Shown here: positions 39,866 to 49,961 of the stretch, piece after piece | Layout of the letters: the number at the start of each line of letters is the position of its first letter | Numbering within the stretch: the stretch's first letter is position 1 | DNA from: a bacterium | GTDB lineage: Bacteria > Hinthialibacterota > Hinthialibacteria > Hinthialibacterales > Hinthialibacteraceae | DNA: 64,000 bases | NCBI GenBank assembly: GCA_963662285.2 | Contig: CAXXMV010000008.1 | Location: 384,001-448,000, forward strand | Direction: 5' to 3' | Notes under the pieces: model-generated | The model's database searches: none | What the model was told of the DNA's origin: nothing | Seen by the model: only the letters and a program-made list of their open reading frames with translations | Program-made: the position numbers and the translations under genes

Positions 39866-41431
39866 CTAATTTGCTTGATTAATATCTACTTTTGCAGATG
39901 TGTATCCAGGTTTTGAGAGTATAACAAAGCTGCCATCACTGTCAACTTCCTTAAGTGCGATTAAGGTTTTTCTATCTTTCTCGCCTAGAGATAAAGTCAG
40001 GGTATTGACTTTTCTTCTGGAACGGGATGTTTTATCATAATACTGAATCTGATATTTACTTGCCCGCTTAACTACTTTGATAAAATCATAGTCTTTGGTC
40101 AACTCAGGAGGTTTCCGAACCTTGGTTTTCAGTTGGGTTTCACGATCAGTTATTTGATTGCGCAAAGTGGCGTTAATGGCGCCGCCGCCCAGGTTCCGCA
40201 AACCAACCAGTTCATCCAGAAAAGCAATCTTAGTCTTGGCATCGAACTGTTCGTATTGACCTTGATTAATGAAATCTACTTGCTGCTTTATAAAATCGTC
40301 CGCCTTCTGAATTACCAGTTCAGCTCTTCGTACTATAGATGAAGATATTTTCTGCTGCAATGCATCATCTTGAGGATTAATCGACAAAGCCATTTGCATA
40401 ACTTGTATAGCGGCTTTGGATTCAACCATATCCATAGCTGTGATAGACCGCTGGAACTGCTGATCCGCCTGTAGGCATAGGTCAGAGTATCCAGATTTCA
40501 ACTTTTCCTGTATTTGAGTGATAAGCGCAACAAGAAGATTTCGCTCGCTCTGGGGAACCATATTGAAATTGGCGTCTATCTGATTCAATCTGGCCTGAAT
40601 CTGATTCAGGTTCAGCATTGATTTCAGCAGGGCAATCAAATCATTCTGCGCCAGAAGTTGTTGAGCCTGATTGGTTCCTTTTTGCAATTCACTCTTAAGC
40701 AAAGAAGTCTGAACCGACTGCCATTTCTGAAAGACGCCTTGCTGCAGCGTCTTAACTTTCGTCAGATTATCTGCTCCGATAGATGCGCCATCAGGATCTG
40801 CTGCTAAAGCATCACTCAAGGTTTTATTGGAGCGAGAATATACTTTCTCCGCCTCCAACAATTGCTTGGCAGCGGCAAAACGGTCACCTTCCTGGATATC
40901 GTTTTGCGCGCTGGTTAACATCCTGTCAAAGTTGCGTTTAAGATACTCACGCTGAGACCGCCTCTTATATTCCGAAGGCATGATAGGATAAGGAATGCGC
41001 GATTCGGTAACATCCAGTTTATTGACCACCAGATCAAACTGTTGAATAGCCGATTCATATTCTCCCGCATTGAAAAGACTAACTCCTCTGTTATACGTGT
41101 TTTCGACTTCTTCACGCATACGAAGCTGCTCTTGCGGAGAACCAAAGGGGCTGCTTGCAACGTTATACATCACACGGCTTCTTTTTTCCAATAAAGAATC
41201 AACTACATCCGTGGGTACAACAACTTTCTCAAGATTGCCGCCGGCATTTTTATTCTCTTCTTCGCTTGTTGCTTCTTGTATCAGGTCATCTACAGAAATA
41301 GAACTTTTCTGATATAAAAACCAACCACCATACAGCAGCAGTACGATTAATATTCCAATGAACAGAAAATCTTTTTTTGTTTCAAGAATTTCAGAAATGG
41401 CGTCTTTGTCTAACTTCAATTTGAGAGCCAA
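39866..41431 (-). CDS. Membrane-anchored helical/TPR protein, possibly PilP/GspC-like
   Basis: N-terminal TM, YNVASSPF (PilP RDPF-like), long helical middle, C-terminal beta-rich HR-like domain; lies between pilMN and secretin. Confidence 0.55.
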   Translation of the reverse strand: MALKLKLDKDAISEILETKKDFLFIGILIVLLLYGGWFLYQKSSISVDDLIQEATSEEENKNAGGNLEKVVVPTDVVDSLLEKRSRVMYNVASSPFGSPQEQLRMREEVENTYNRGVSLFNAGEYESAIQQFDLVVNKLDVTESRIPYPIMPSEYKRRSQREYLKRNFDRMLTSAQNDIQEGDRFAAAKQLLEAEKVYSRSNKTLSDALAADPDGASIGADNLTKVKTLQQGVFQKWQSVQTSLLKSELQKGTNQAQQLLAQNDLIALLKSMLNLNQIQARLNQIDANFNMVPQSERNLLVALITQIQEKLKSGYSDLCLQADQQFQRSITAMDMVESKAAIQVMQMALSINPQDDALQQKISSSIVRRAELVIQKADDFIKQQVDFINQGQYEQFDAKTKIAFLDELVGLRNLGGGAINATLRNQITDRETQLKTKVRKPPELTKDYDFIKVVKRASKYQIQYYDKTSRSRRKVNTLTLSLGEKDRKTLIALKEVDSDGSFVILSKPGYTSAKVDINQAN

Positions 41432-41514
41432 GTTTGTACTCCCTTACCTGTCAGGATTATTCTTCATTAACAATATATTACTTACAAAAAATACGAATAT
41501 TAATTTCAAGTAAA

Positions 41515-43596
41515 TCAACCACCAGTCGGCATGCCATAACCACCCATGCCATAACCACCCATGCCATAACCACCCATCATAGGCGATGCGCCTTCATCAC
41601 CCTCGGCTTCGGGTGTTGGAGTATGGGAAGGAGTCGGACTTGGAAGAGGCGTTATTTGTTCAAAGCCTTTCAAGAATTCCTCCTGGGTTTTGGTCTTATC
41701 CCAGAAAGCTGCTACTAATTCTCGAGAAACCTTCATGTGCTCTTCAAGGTTGCTTTCACGATCATGGATTCTTAAATCAATTGTTTTGACCGTTTCGTCC
41801 TTTGATTTCATAAGACAGGAATAAACCTTCCGGATCAAAGCAATTCGTTCTTTCTCTTTTTGTTGATATACGCCAATGATAAGAGTGGGATTGCCAGGAT
41901 CAGTTTCACGGTCAAATTTAATCAGTAGGATATCACCTTGCTGGGTTATTTTACGGAATTCACTAACAAATCTGATATCTTCATCCGATGGAGTGTTATA
42001 TCTATTAATAGCAATAGTAAAGTCCATTTGCACTGATCCGGAACCACTTAAGTCTTCCGAAGGACTCATATCCAACAGAACCACGACTTCATTATCAAAA
42101 AAGGGCGATAAGCATAAGTTCTGATAAAAACTGGTGATTCGTTCGTCGTTCAGGGCTTTACCGGTGATGGTGAATTTGCGGCTGGTTAATTCTATGCTAT
42201 CCAACCACATATCCTGTGGAACCAGATTCTGGACTTCCAGATAAATACGAGTAAGCAAACCGCGCTTCTCGGCAACCTGATTGATTCGCGTGTAGCGCTC
42301 TTTAAAGTTGTTCTGTTCGGTGCGCACTTTAGATAGAATCGGATTGAACTCTTTGCTGGGTTCTACGATTTCATTAACCTGTTCAATGGCGTCAGCTGTT
42401 ACAGTCAGCATTTTGTCCAAGAAGAAGATAGAACCGCCGATCATTACAACAAGCAGAGCAGCCATCAGCAAGAACATGGGAGAACGACGTTCAAATTCAA
42501 GCCGGTCTTTAATATATTCTGGAGCGAAACTAAGACCACACGAGGCTTTTCCCGCAGCCCGGACAGCCATGCCAACCAGAGATGCTTCATATTTAAGCAT
42601 CGATTTGTCCTGGTCGGATCCCTCTAAACCTTCAATTTCGGTTCCATCCAATATTTGAACAGGGACGCCCAGGCGATCTTCCAGAAATTCAATTGCGCCT
42701 TCCATGCGAATCGTACCTCCGCAAAGAAAGATCCGCGTCACTGGAAGAGCATCCGGCTGTGATACGTAAAAGTCGAAGGAACGCCGCACCTCAGTTACTA
42801 TTTGGTCAAATCCTTTTTCGAGGATAGCGGATACTTTTTCGGCGGAAATATCTCCTTCAGTTTCACCAAATTCCGAAGCAGGCTTCATTTTCAACTTTTC
42901 TGCTTCTTCAGTGGAGATACCCAGATTCTTGGAGATTAGAGCAGTTAATGTATTGCCGGCAACCGGAGCGCTACGCATAAATTGCATAGAGCCATTCTGC
43001 TCTATAACGATATCAGTGCTGGTGGCGCCTACAGAAACAATGGCCGTCACTTCTTCGTCACTTTGGTGAACCGATGCGGCATAGGCATTATAAATTGAGA
43101 GCGGAGCGACTTCGATAATATCAGCGCGAATACCGCATTTCTTCAAAGTTTTAACATAAGCATCGGCAATCTCACGGCGAACTGCAACCAGATTGATTTC
43201 CAGTTCCGTTAAATCGCCGCCCGGATTATCAGAAACCTGATAATCCATGTTGACTTGATCTAATGGAAATGGAATATGCTGCCGCGCTTCATACTGAACA
43301 ATACGGCCTAACTGCCGTCCACTGACCACAGGAACTTTAAGGCGTCGGGTAAATGCAGAACGACCAGGCAGGGTAACGATAGCGCGCTTCCCTTTGATAC
43401 CCAGACGTTGAAGAAGAATGGGGAAAGTTTCTTGAATTCGTTTATACTGCGAATCCTCCTCTTCGCCTTCTAACGCGATAAGAGGTTCTACTCCCGCTTT
43501 AATGACGCGGATTCCGCCTTTCTTCCCGACTTGGATCTGAAGAATTTTAACATTTTGGTGACCTATATCGATAACCAGATCGGGTACTTTCGCCAT
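41515..43596 (-). CDS. pilM: PilM-PilN fusion protein
   Basis: IDIG, EARQHIPFPLDQVNMDYQ, EVRRSFDFY, IFLCGG actin-like PilM; then TM, coiled coil and VPQDMWLDSI..ITGKA PilN domain; Pro/Thr and GGYGM tail. Confidence 0.88.
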   Translation of the reverse strand: MAKVPDLVIDIGHQNVKILQIQVGKKGGIRVIKAGVEPLIALEGEEEDSQYKRIQETFPILLQRLGIKGKRAIVTLPGRSAFTRRLKVPVVSGRQLGRIVQYEARQHIPFPLDQVNMDYQVSDNPGGDLTELEINLVAVRREIADAYVKTLKKCGIRADIIEVAPLSIYNAYAASVHQSDEEVTAIVSVGATSTDIVIEQNGSMQFMRSAPVAGNTLTALISKNLGISTEEAEKLKMKPASEFGETEGDISAEKVSAILEKGFDQIVTEVRRSFDFYVSQPDALPVTRIFLCGGTIRMEGAIEFLEDRLGVPVQILDGTEIEGLEGSDQDKSMLKYEASLVGMAVRAAGKASCGLSFAPEYIKDRLEFERRSPMFLLMAALLVVMIGGSIFFLDKMLTVTADAIEQVNEIVEPSKEFNPILSKVRTEQNNFKERYTRINQVAEKRGLLTRIYLEVQNLVPQDMWLDSIELTSRKFTITGKALNDERITSFYQNLCLSPFFDNEVVVLLDMSPSEDLSGSGSVQMDFTIAINRYNTPSDEDIRFVSEFRKITQQGDILLIKFDRETDPGNPTLIIGVYQQKEKERIALIRKVYSCLMKSKDETVKTIDLRIHDRESNLEEHMKVSRELVAAFWDKTKTQEEFLKGFEQITPLPSPTPSHTPTPEAEGDEGASPMMGGYGMGGYGMGGYGMPTGG

Positions 43597-43704
43597 TGAA
43601 CTCCGCCTTTACTTTATATATATTCCCTAATTAAGACAATTGGGCGATTTTATCAATACTTACCAATCTACGGAAGGGTTAGCTCCCATCCTTTAAGTAT
43701 TGAT

Positions 43705-45567
43705 TCATCGAAATTTCTTTAAAAAAGCCGTTGTCGGACGCACTGCTAGAGAACAGGTTCTTACGCCATCATAAGGATCAGTTGGATCGCCCAGACGATC
43801 ATTATGGCGGAAAAAGAGGCCTGTAGTCGGCTCTTCTCCACTTTCACTCAAGAATAGCCGGAAAGTGGTCTTCTTCGTAGGATGAATCGCACGTAATTTA
43901 ATTGTTGCGATTACTCCCTCGTTGGTTACTGATTTCCGCATAGATTTTTTGCGATAATCAATAATTCCTTTATCCTCATCAATTATATTAAGAATCGGAA
44001 AATCTAATGGAAACTGTTCTTTGTATTCTTGATCTGCTATATTGACGCCAGGAGCGAAATCATCACCATCTATCGCCTCAAATACTCTGGGATTATAAGC
44101 GATCAGAAGATTCACTGCATCGATTGTTTCTCTGCCAGGATTTGAAAGAACAACATCAATATCTACAGTATCTCCTACATCAAGGCTATTCGAGCGGGCA
44201 ACGAGAGAAAGTTTGGTCTCATATGACTGGTTTTCTTCTTTCTCATCACTAGTATCAATATCATCACCCGCTTTTTTTACTACCATCCGCTTGCGAGCCT
44301 TTTCCAGCGTATCAAAAATCTGGAGATCGATATTAATAACTCCATCCGCCTTATTATGTTTGGAACCAAGTTGATCAATATTTGACAAACTCAATATTGT
44401 CAAAGGTTTATCAGTTTTACTCTTTAATAAATCCTGGAAGACGAATGAAATCGTAGTATTCGATTCGCGTAAAGGCAAGAAAACTAATTGCGCAATTTCT
44501 CCGCCTTCTTTGGATGCGCCATTTTTGACTTTCATTTCAAAACGAATCTCACCGGTCTGCAAATCAATTGTATTATTAATAATTTCATACTTACCGGGAT
44601 TTCTTGAAATGAACGTACTCTCTCCACCCAACGAGTCTGTTGCATCAGAAACATCCGGCGCAACCATTGGAACTTTATCGGCAGCGATCCACTCACCAGC
44701 TGCATCCTGCCCGCTTATAGGCATTACATCATCAGGATCATACTGAAGCGCAAACGACAAATAATCATATTCTAAACTATTGTTAGTTAAAATTATACTG
44801 ATTGTTTTTGGTTGGTTTACTACAGCCATAGGACTGGCGCAATCCAGATAAAGCGTAGACGTGGAACGCATCTTGGCTTTAGGTTCATTGCGCTTTGGCG
44901 CTGGTTTACCTTTAGACCCTTTTGCAACCGGAGAACCACCAACTGCTCCCTGAATCTGTAAACCACCGCTTCCTTGCGATGCAGAAGGGCCGGACATAGC
45001 GCCCCGCACGTTAGATTTACCACTCAATGCCTTGCGCCGGTCAGTAGAATTTCCTGTCGGGGAAGTTTGTTTAGCCTGGCCGCCCTGAGTTGCAGCTGAA
45101 TTAGATACATTCCCACCATAAGTTTGGTTACTGTAATTCCCGCCGCGTCTGGAACGTCCACTGCGGCTACTTGAATTGCCATAACCCTGATTGTCATAAC
45201 CCTGGTTGCCATAACTTTGGTTGCCGCCATACTGGTTTGAACCACGCCCACTACGACCACTACGACCTGAGCGACTACTACCTCTCATACTACTTCCAAA
45301 ACCACCGCCGAATTGGTTATTCCCTCCGCCGTATTGATTATAACCACCACCGTATTGGCTGCTACCACCGCCGAATCTACTACTACCGTATTGGCTATTA
45401 CCACCGCCGTATTGGTTATAACCACCGCCATATTGATTATATCCACCACCATATTGATTAGATCCTCCACCAAAGCGGCTATATTGCGCTTGAACGGGAG
45501 TAACCAACCACAGTGAAGCGGCTGAAAAAAACACTAGAAAGAATTTTATTGGTTGTTTTGAGATCAT
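43705..45567 (-). CDS. Secreted tandem cohesin-like protein with Gly/Tyr/Gln/Ser-rich N-terminal region
   Basis: Signal peptide, YGGGYNQ repeats, two beta-sandwich domains (FALQYDP..IAQLVF; VGDTVDIDV..IAYNP..DGDDFAPGVNI..IATIKLRA). Confidence 0.7.
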   Translation of the reverse strand: MISKQPIKFFLVFFSAASLWLVTPVQAQYSRFGGGSNQYGGGYNQYGGGYNQYGGGNSQYGSSRFGGGSSQYGGGYNQYGGGNNQFGGGFGSSMRGSSRSGRSGRSGRGSNQYGGNQSYGNQGYDNQGYGNSSSRSGRSRRGGNYSNQTYGGNVSNSAATQGGQAKQTSPTGNSTDRRKALSGKSNVRGAMSGPSASQGSGGLQIQGAVGGSPVAKGSKGKPAPKRNEPKAKMRSTSTLYLDCASPMAVVNQPKTISIILTNNSLEYDYLSFALQYDPDDVMPISGQDAAGEWIAADKVPMVAPDVSDATDSLGGESTFISRNPGKYEIINNTIDLQTGEIRFEMKVKNGASKEGGEIAQLVFLPLRESNTTISFVFQDLLKSKTDKPLTILSLSNIDQLGSKHNKADGVINIDLQIFDTLEKARKRMVVKKAGDDIDTSDEKEENQSYETKLSLVARSNSLDVGDTVDIDVVLSNPGRETIDAVNLLIAYNPRVFEAIDGDDFAPGVNIADQEYKEQFPLDFPILNIIDEDKGIIDYRKKSMRKSVTNEGVIATIKLRAIHPTKKTTFRLFLSESGEEPTTGLFFRHNDRLGDPTDPYDGVRTCSLAVRPTTAFLKKFR

Positions 45568-46060
45568 TTGCCCTGCTCCTCATTGATAAACTCTAACACT
45601 TATTAAGATAACGAGTCAACCACACAAGGAGTTTACATTATTTACGCAATAATCTGTATAGTCTGCCTCAATCGAATTATTGCTATAGCGGTTAGCCACA
45701 AGTATATTCGTTTCATTAATGCGTTTGATTTCCGAAAAAGCCTAACTATTACAGCATTTTATCAACGCGAATAACAAATGTTATTATGTAAACCGCTTCT
45801 GATGATTCAATATTACATTTTCGCTCAACAAAACAATAAAAAATTAAATAAAAACCTTAAAAAATGCAAATAAACTTAAAGTAGATAAGTTACGATATCC
45901 AACATAGTTTACTTAACGAACGGTATCTTGTGAAGGATTGAGTGTCAAGTTACAGAGGGTGTAATTTTGCAAAAACAGGAATTTGAAAATACCGCTATTA
46001 TTATATAAAAACAGAGCAAATCACTGATTTTCAACCATTTAAATAATCCAACACGACAAA

Positions 46061-47653
46061 TCAATTTAACTTGCTAAGATAAGCTGTTGTTGGCCTAACT
46101 CCGACCGAACAAGTCTCTACGCCATCAAAAGGATCCGATGAATTACCCAACCTATCTTGCAAACGATAAAAAACTCCCGTCGTAGGTTCTTCCCCTTTGC
46201 TGCTGATAAACATTCTAAAAGTGGTCTTTTTAGTTGGTTTTATTGCTCTTAAACGAACCGTTGCAAAAACGCCTTCGCTGCGGACCGGCTTGCGCATGGC
46301 TTTTTTGCGGTAATCGATTATCCCTTTTTCTTTATCGATTACATTCAGAATCGGAAAATCCAAAGAAAAATTATTTTTATATTTTTTATCTTCAATATTG
46401 ATGCCGGAATCAGCTTTTTCTCCATCTACCGGCTCAAAAATTCGCGTATTATAAGCAATGAGCAATCCAATAGAATCAAAAACTTTTTTACCTGGATTCT
46501 TCAGATAAACGTCTATTTCCATTATATCTCCGACATTCACCTGACTTTGACGAGGGATTAAAATCAAACTTGCATTTTCTGTTTGGCTGTCATCCGATGA
46601 TTCTTCATCACCAACTTTAGTGATAAGTGATGACTTTTTCGCTTTATCGCGGCTTTCGAAAATAAGTAAATCAAGATTAATAATTCCATCCGCAGCGCTG
46701 AATCGTGAACCTAATTGGTCTTTTTCTGATAAAGACAAACTAGTCAAAGGTTCTTTGGCCGGATCTCTTTTTTCAGGATTCACGAATATAAAAGAGAGAT
46801 TGGTGTTGGTTACGTGTATGGGGATGCAGGTAAACTGCGCTACAAGCCCATTCCAGGCGATGGGTTCTTTTTGGGTCTTAATATCTAAATAGATCAAACC
46901 ATTCTCGGCATCAATCCTATTCTCAACAATCTGTAAATTGCTTTGATTGGCGGAGATTAAAGTCTCTTCTTTGACATTATTTATCTTGGATTCACCTGGA
47001 GTATCGAGCGCCGGCTCGGATGTCAAAGCAATCGATTCCGCTTTAATTAATGTTCCAGAGGCATCCTTACCTGTTGAAATTACCAGATCATCGGGATTAT
47101 ATTTTATAACCAGACTTACACGGTCAAATTTCAGTTGCGCCTTATTGTCTATAAGTATCTTAATCACCTTAGGTTCATTAATCACGCCAACCGGGCTGTC
47201 GCCATCCAGGTAAAGATTAGCGGTTGGCCTGGTAGTTAACAAAGGCTTTGATTTAGCTAAATATTTTCGTCCACTCCCTGATCCCGTAGAAGATGAACCA
47301 GATACTGGCCTGGGCATTGCGGCGCCTGGTCTTGATAGGCCCGGCCTTGATCTTGGACCCATTCCTTGCGCTGGAATGTTAGAATTTTTCCCATCTGCAT
47401 TCTGGGTGGATCCATCACGTGTTCGGCTGCGGCTGCTTCTGCTTCGCGAGGATCGGCTTTGGTTCCCAGTATTATTATTACCTAACTTACTCCCTGATTC
47501 ACTGTTTTCAATTTGGTTAGAGTCGCTCTGGTTATTGAAGTTGTCGGGAATATTCTGATTATTATCATCTTGGGCATTCACAAGCAGCGTGGAAACAAGG
47601 CACAAGACAACGCCCGTAATTAAAAAAGTTTTGGTATATTTAAAAAAACTCAT
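46061..47653 (-). CDS. Secreted tandem cohesin-like protein, paralog of 43705-45567
   Basis: Shared blocks LYLD, DQLGS..ADG-IN-DL, LDFPILN-ID-KGIIDYRKK, GEEPTTG, DP-DGV-TCS--VRPTTA; Ser/Arg/Asn-rich N-terminus. Confidence 0.7.
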   Translation of the reverse strand: MSFFKYTKTFLITGVVLCLVSTLLVNAQDDNNQNIPDNFNNQSDSNQIENSESGSKLGNNNTGNQSRSSRSRSSRSRTRDGSTQNADGKNSNIPAQGMGPRSRPGLSRPGAAMPRPVSGSSSTGSGSGRKYLAKSKPLLTTRPTANLYLDGDSPVGVINEPKVIKILIDNKAQLKFDRVSLVIKYNPDDLVISTGKDASGTLIKAESIALTSEPALDTPGESKINNVKEETLISANQSNLQIVENRIDAENGLIYLDIKTQKEPIAWNGLVAQFTCIPIHVTNTNLSFIFVNPEKRDPAKEPLTSLSLSEKDQLGSRFSAADGIINLDLLIFESRDKAKKSSLITKVGDEESSDDSQTENASLILIPRQSQVNVGDIMEIDVYLKNPGKKVFDSIGLLIAYNTRIFEPVDGEKADSGINIEDKKYKNNFSLDFPILNVIDKEKGIIDYRKKAMRKPVRSEGVFATVRLRAIKPTKKTTFRMFISSKGEEPTTGVFYRLQDRLGNSSDPFDGVETCSVGVRPTTAYLSKLN

Positions 47654-47897
47654 CTTTTAATCCTCGTTTTTTTGGCAATTATATATCTTAGATCAATATA
47701 TTATACGTTTTATCAGGCAGGAAAGTGAATACTCTTTTTATAAATTACGCGGTTTCTCAAGGTCATGCTTGATAATAATCAGAGATGGTCTTCGAAAAAA
47801 CCTATTATTTCACAAATTAACTGAAATTAAATATAACTCTTCGCGAAAAATAAAATCTTTCACGACAACATACATTATAACGATTCTGCAGAAGAGT

Positions 47898-48905
47898 TTA
47901 TTGACTTTGCCCCTGAACTTTTATACTGTGCAATTGATATTTATCAATTTTACGATCAAGAGTAGGCCGTGAAATCTTCAAAATATTGGCCGCCTGGCTT
48001 TTATTGAACCGGGTGAACTCCAAAATCCGCAGAATATGCCGTTTCTCCGCTTCATCAAGCGATAATATTTCCAGTAACTCATCAGCTTTGGTTTCCGCTT
48101 TATCTTCCATAGAGCGGGAAGAATCAGCCAGATGAATATCCAATGGGATATGTTCTAACCAAATCGTATCTTGAGATTCGTTCATAAGAACAGCGCATTT
48201 AACAACATGGTGCAATTCGCGAATGTTACCCGGCCAATCATGACGCATCAGAAATTGCAAGGCCGCATCAGATATTCCTTCAATCGATTTATGGTATTGC
48301 TTGTTGTACAGTTTTATGAAAAAATCAACCAATATGGGAATATCTTCTTTTCTATCTCTGATGGGAGGGATATCTAAATGGACTTCTTTCAGGCGGTAAT
48401 ACAAATCCTGCCTGAAATTACCTTCCTGCACCAAACTGTATATTCTCTGATTGCATGCGGTAATTATTCGAACATTAACCGGGATAGGTTCTCCACCGCC
48501 AATACGCTCAACCACTCCTTCTTCCAGAACCCGCAATAGTTTGGCTTGAGTAGTGGCGCTCATATCACCAATTTCATCCAGGAAGAGAGTTCCACCCTGG
48601 GCTTGTTCAAATTTCCCCTTACGAGAATAAACCGCTCCGGTAAAAGCGCCTTTTTCATGCCCGAAAATCTCCGTCTCTAGAAGAGCATCTGGCAACGCCG
48701 CGCAATTAACGCTGACAAAACGGGAATTGGATCGTTCGCTTGCATGATGAATAGCCTGAGCCAGCGTCTCTTTTCCCGTTCCATCTTCGCCTGAGATTAA
48801 AACCAGCATATCTGATTTCGCGATACGCTGAGCAGTACGAATGACTTGCTGCATCCGAGAACTGTTGGCAACAATCTGATTGAAAGTAACTTTTTTGCGA
48901 GTCAT
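47898..48905 (-). CDS. Sigma54 enhancer-binding protein without N-terminal sensor (PspF-like architecture)
   Basis: Starts at the AAA+ domain: GEDGTGKE, EKGAFTGA, LFLDEI, WPGNIREL, C-terminal Fis HTH. Confidence 0.92.
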   Translation of the reverse strand: MTRKKVTFNQIVANSSRMQQVIRTAQRIAKSDMLVLISGEDGTGKETLAQAIHHASERSNSRFVSVNCAALPDALLETEIFGHEKGAFTGAVYSRKGKFEQAQGGTLFLDEIGDMSATTQAKLLRVLEEGVVERIGGGEPIPVNVRIITACNQRIYSLVQEGNFRQDLYYRLKEVHLDIPPIRDRKEDIPILVDFFIKLYNKQYHKSIEGISDAALQFLMRHDWPGNIRELHHVVKCAVLMNESQDTIWLEHIPLDIHLADSSRSMEDKAETKADELLEILSLDEAEKRHILRILEFTRFNKSQAANILKISRPTLDRKIDKYQLHSIKVQGQSQ

Positions 48906-49220
48906 ATAAGTTCACATCCCGTAAATTGTTTTAATACTTAAATCTAGGCTATTACAAAGCCATATCGATGTCAAGAAATATTACATGATTAATTTGCTTA
49001 TTATGCATATTTTAATTTAACTTGTAAAGAATAGTATATGAAAAGGATTATTATGATTCAATATAAAATATCAAATAACAATTATAAGATAATAATATAA
49101 TCAGAGCGATTCCAAAAGTTCCTAAATAAAAGCGAATGTACAAAGTCTCTTCTTTCTGGAACTTTTCACAAATCAATCGCTTTTAATTATCTTTTTATTA
49201 AGAATAATGTTATCAATATT

Positions 49221-49811
49221 TTAAGAAGAAATGGTTTCGGCAGGTTCAATCTGTTGAACCGTTTTTGCTACAACGCAATCAATATCTGATTCGCAACAAT
49301 GGATTCCCCCCTCGAAACCACAAGCAATGCATAATTTGGTAGCTATCTGTCCATCGTCGATAAAGTCCGTCAAGAAAGATTCAAGAATACCATCTAACTT
49401 TTCGACTGTTTCAGCTCTTAAACGCTGGATTATCCGGCTTAAACGAATTTCCGTTTCAGAAATTAACTCTCCCGCAACCTGCTGTCCGGTCTCAGTTAAC
49501 TTGGCGTAAACCGTTCTATGATCTTCGCCTTTACTATACCGTTCCACCCATCCATTCTTCTCTAAACGGTTGACGGACTTGGTTGCTCCGGAAATAGTAT
49601 GCCCCAGCCCAACCGCAATTTCACTGATTGATGCGTTGTTGTTTAATACTAAAAAACGCAAAGCATCCGCTTGAGAATCAGTAATTCGAATCCCCAATTT
49701 TTTCGACAGAACTTCTCCGCTGGTCGCCTGACGAACTGCTGCGGCGAACAGAATTAAACGCCTGGATAATTGGTGATGCTGTTCAGACATATCTTCACCC
49801 CGGGAGGTCAT
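49221..49811 (-). CDS. MarR-family regulator with Cys-rich C-terminal tail
   Basis: ATKSVNRLEKNGWVER..DHR..LTETG winged helix; tail LCIACG..HCC..DC; AAGGAG 8 nt before ATG 49811. Confidence 0.82.
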   Translation of the reverse strand: MTSRGEDMSEQHHQLSRRLILFAAAVRQATSGEVLSKKLGIRITDSQADALRFLVLNNNASISEIAVGLGHTISGATKSVNRLEKNGWVERYSKGEDHRTVYAKLTETGQQVAGELISETEIRLSRIIQRLRAETVEKLDGILESFLTDFIDDGQIATKLCIACGFEGGIHCCESDIDCVVAKTVQQIEPAETISS

Positions 49812-49961
49812 TGCCATATCTCCTTTACCAGATATTAAGAACATACCACAAACAGAATACGCAGCAATGGTTCTGGGCATCCTGAACTCTGATTCTAAAT
49901 ACTCGATGCAAACTTAAGCATGTTTTTTAACAAAATATTTCACAATACCGGCTTCTCTAGA

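Noticed and set aside
41434-45516. Repetitive shadow ORFs (HAITT, HHRIGY, VVV repeats)
   Set aside because: They are alternative frames of Gly/Tyr-rich coding repeats.
49102-49184. AGAGCGATT..AAAAGTTCC / GGAACTTTT..AATCGCTTT inverted repeat as a MITE
   Set aside because: Degenerate, with no clear second full copy in the window.
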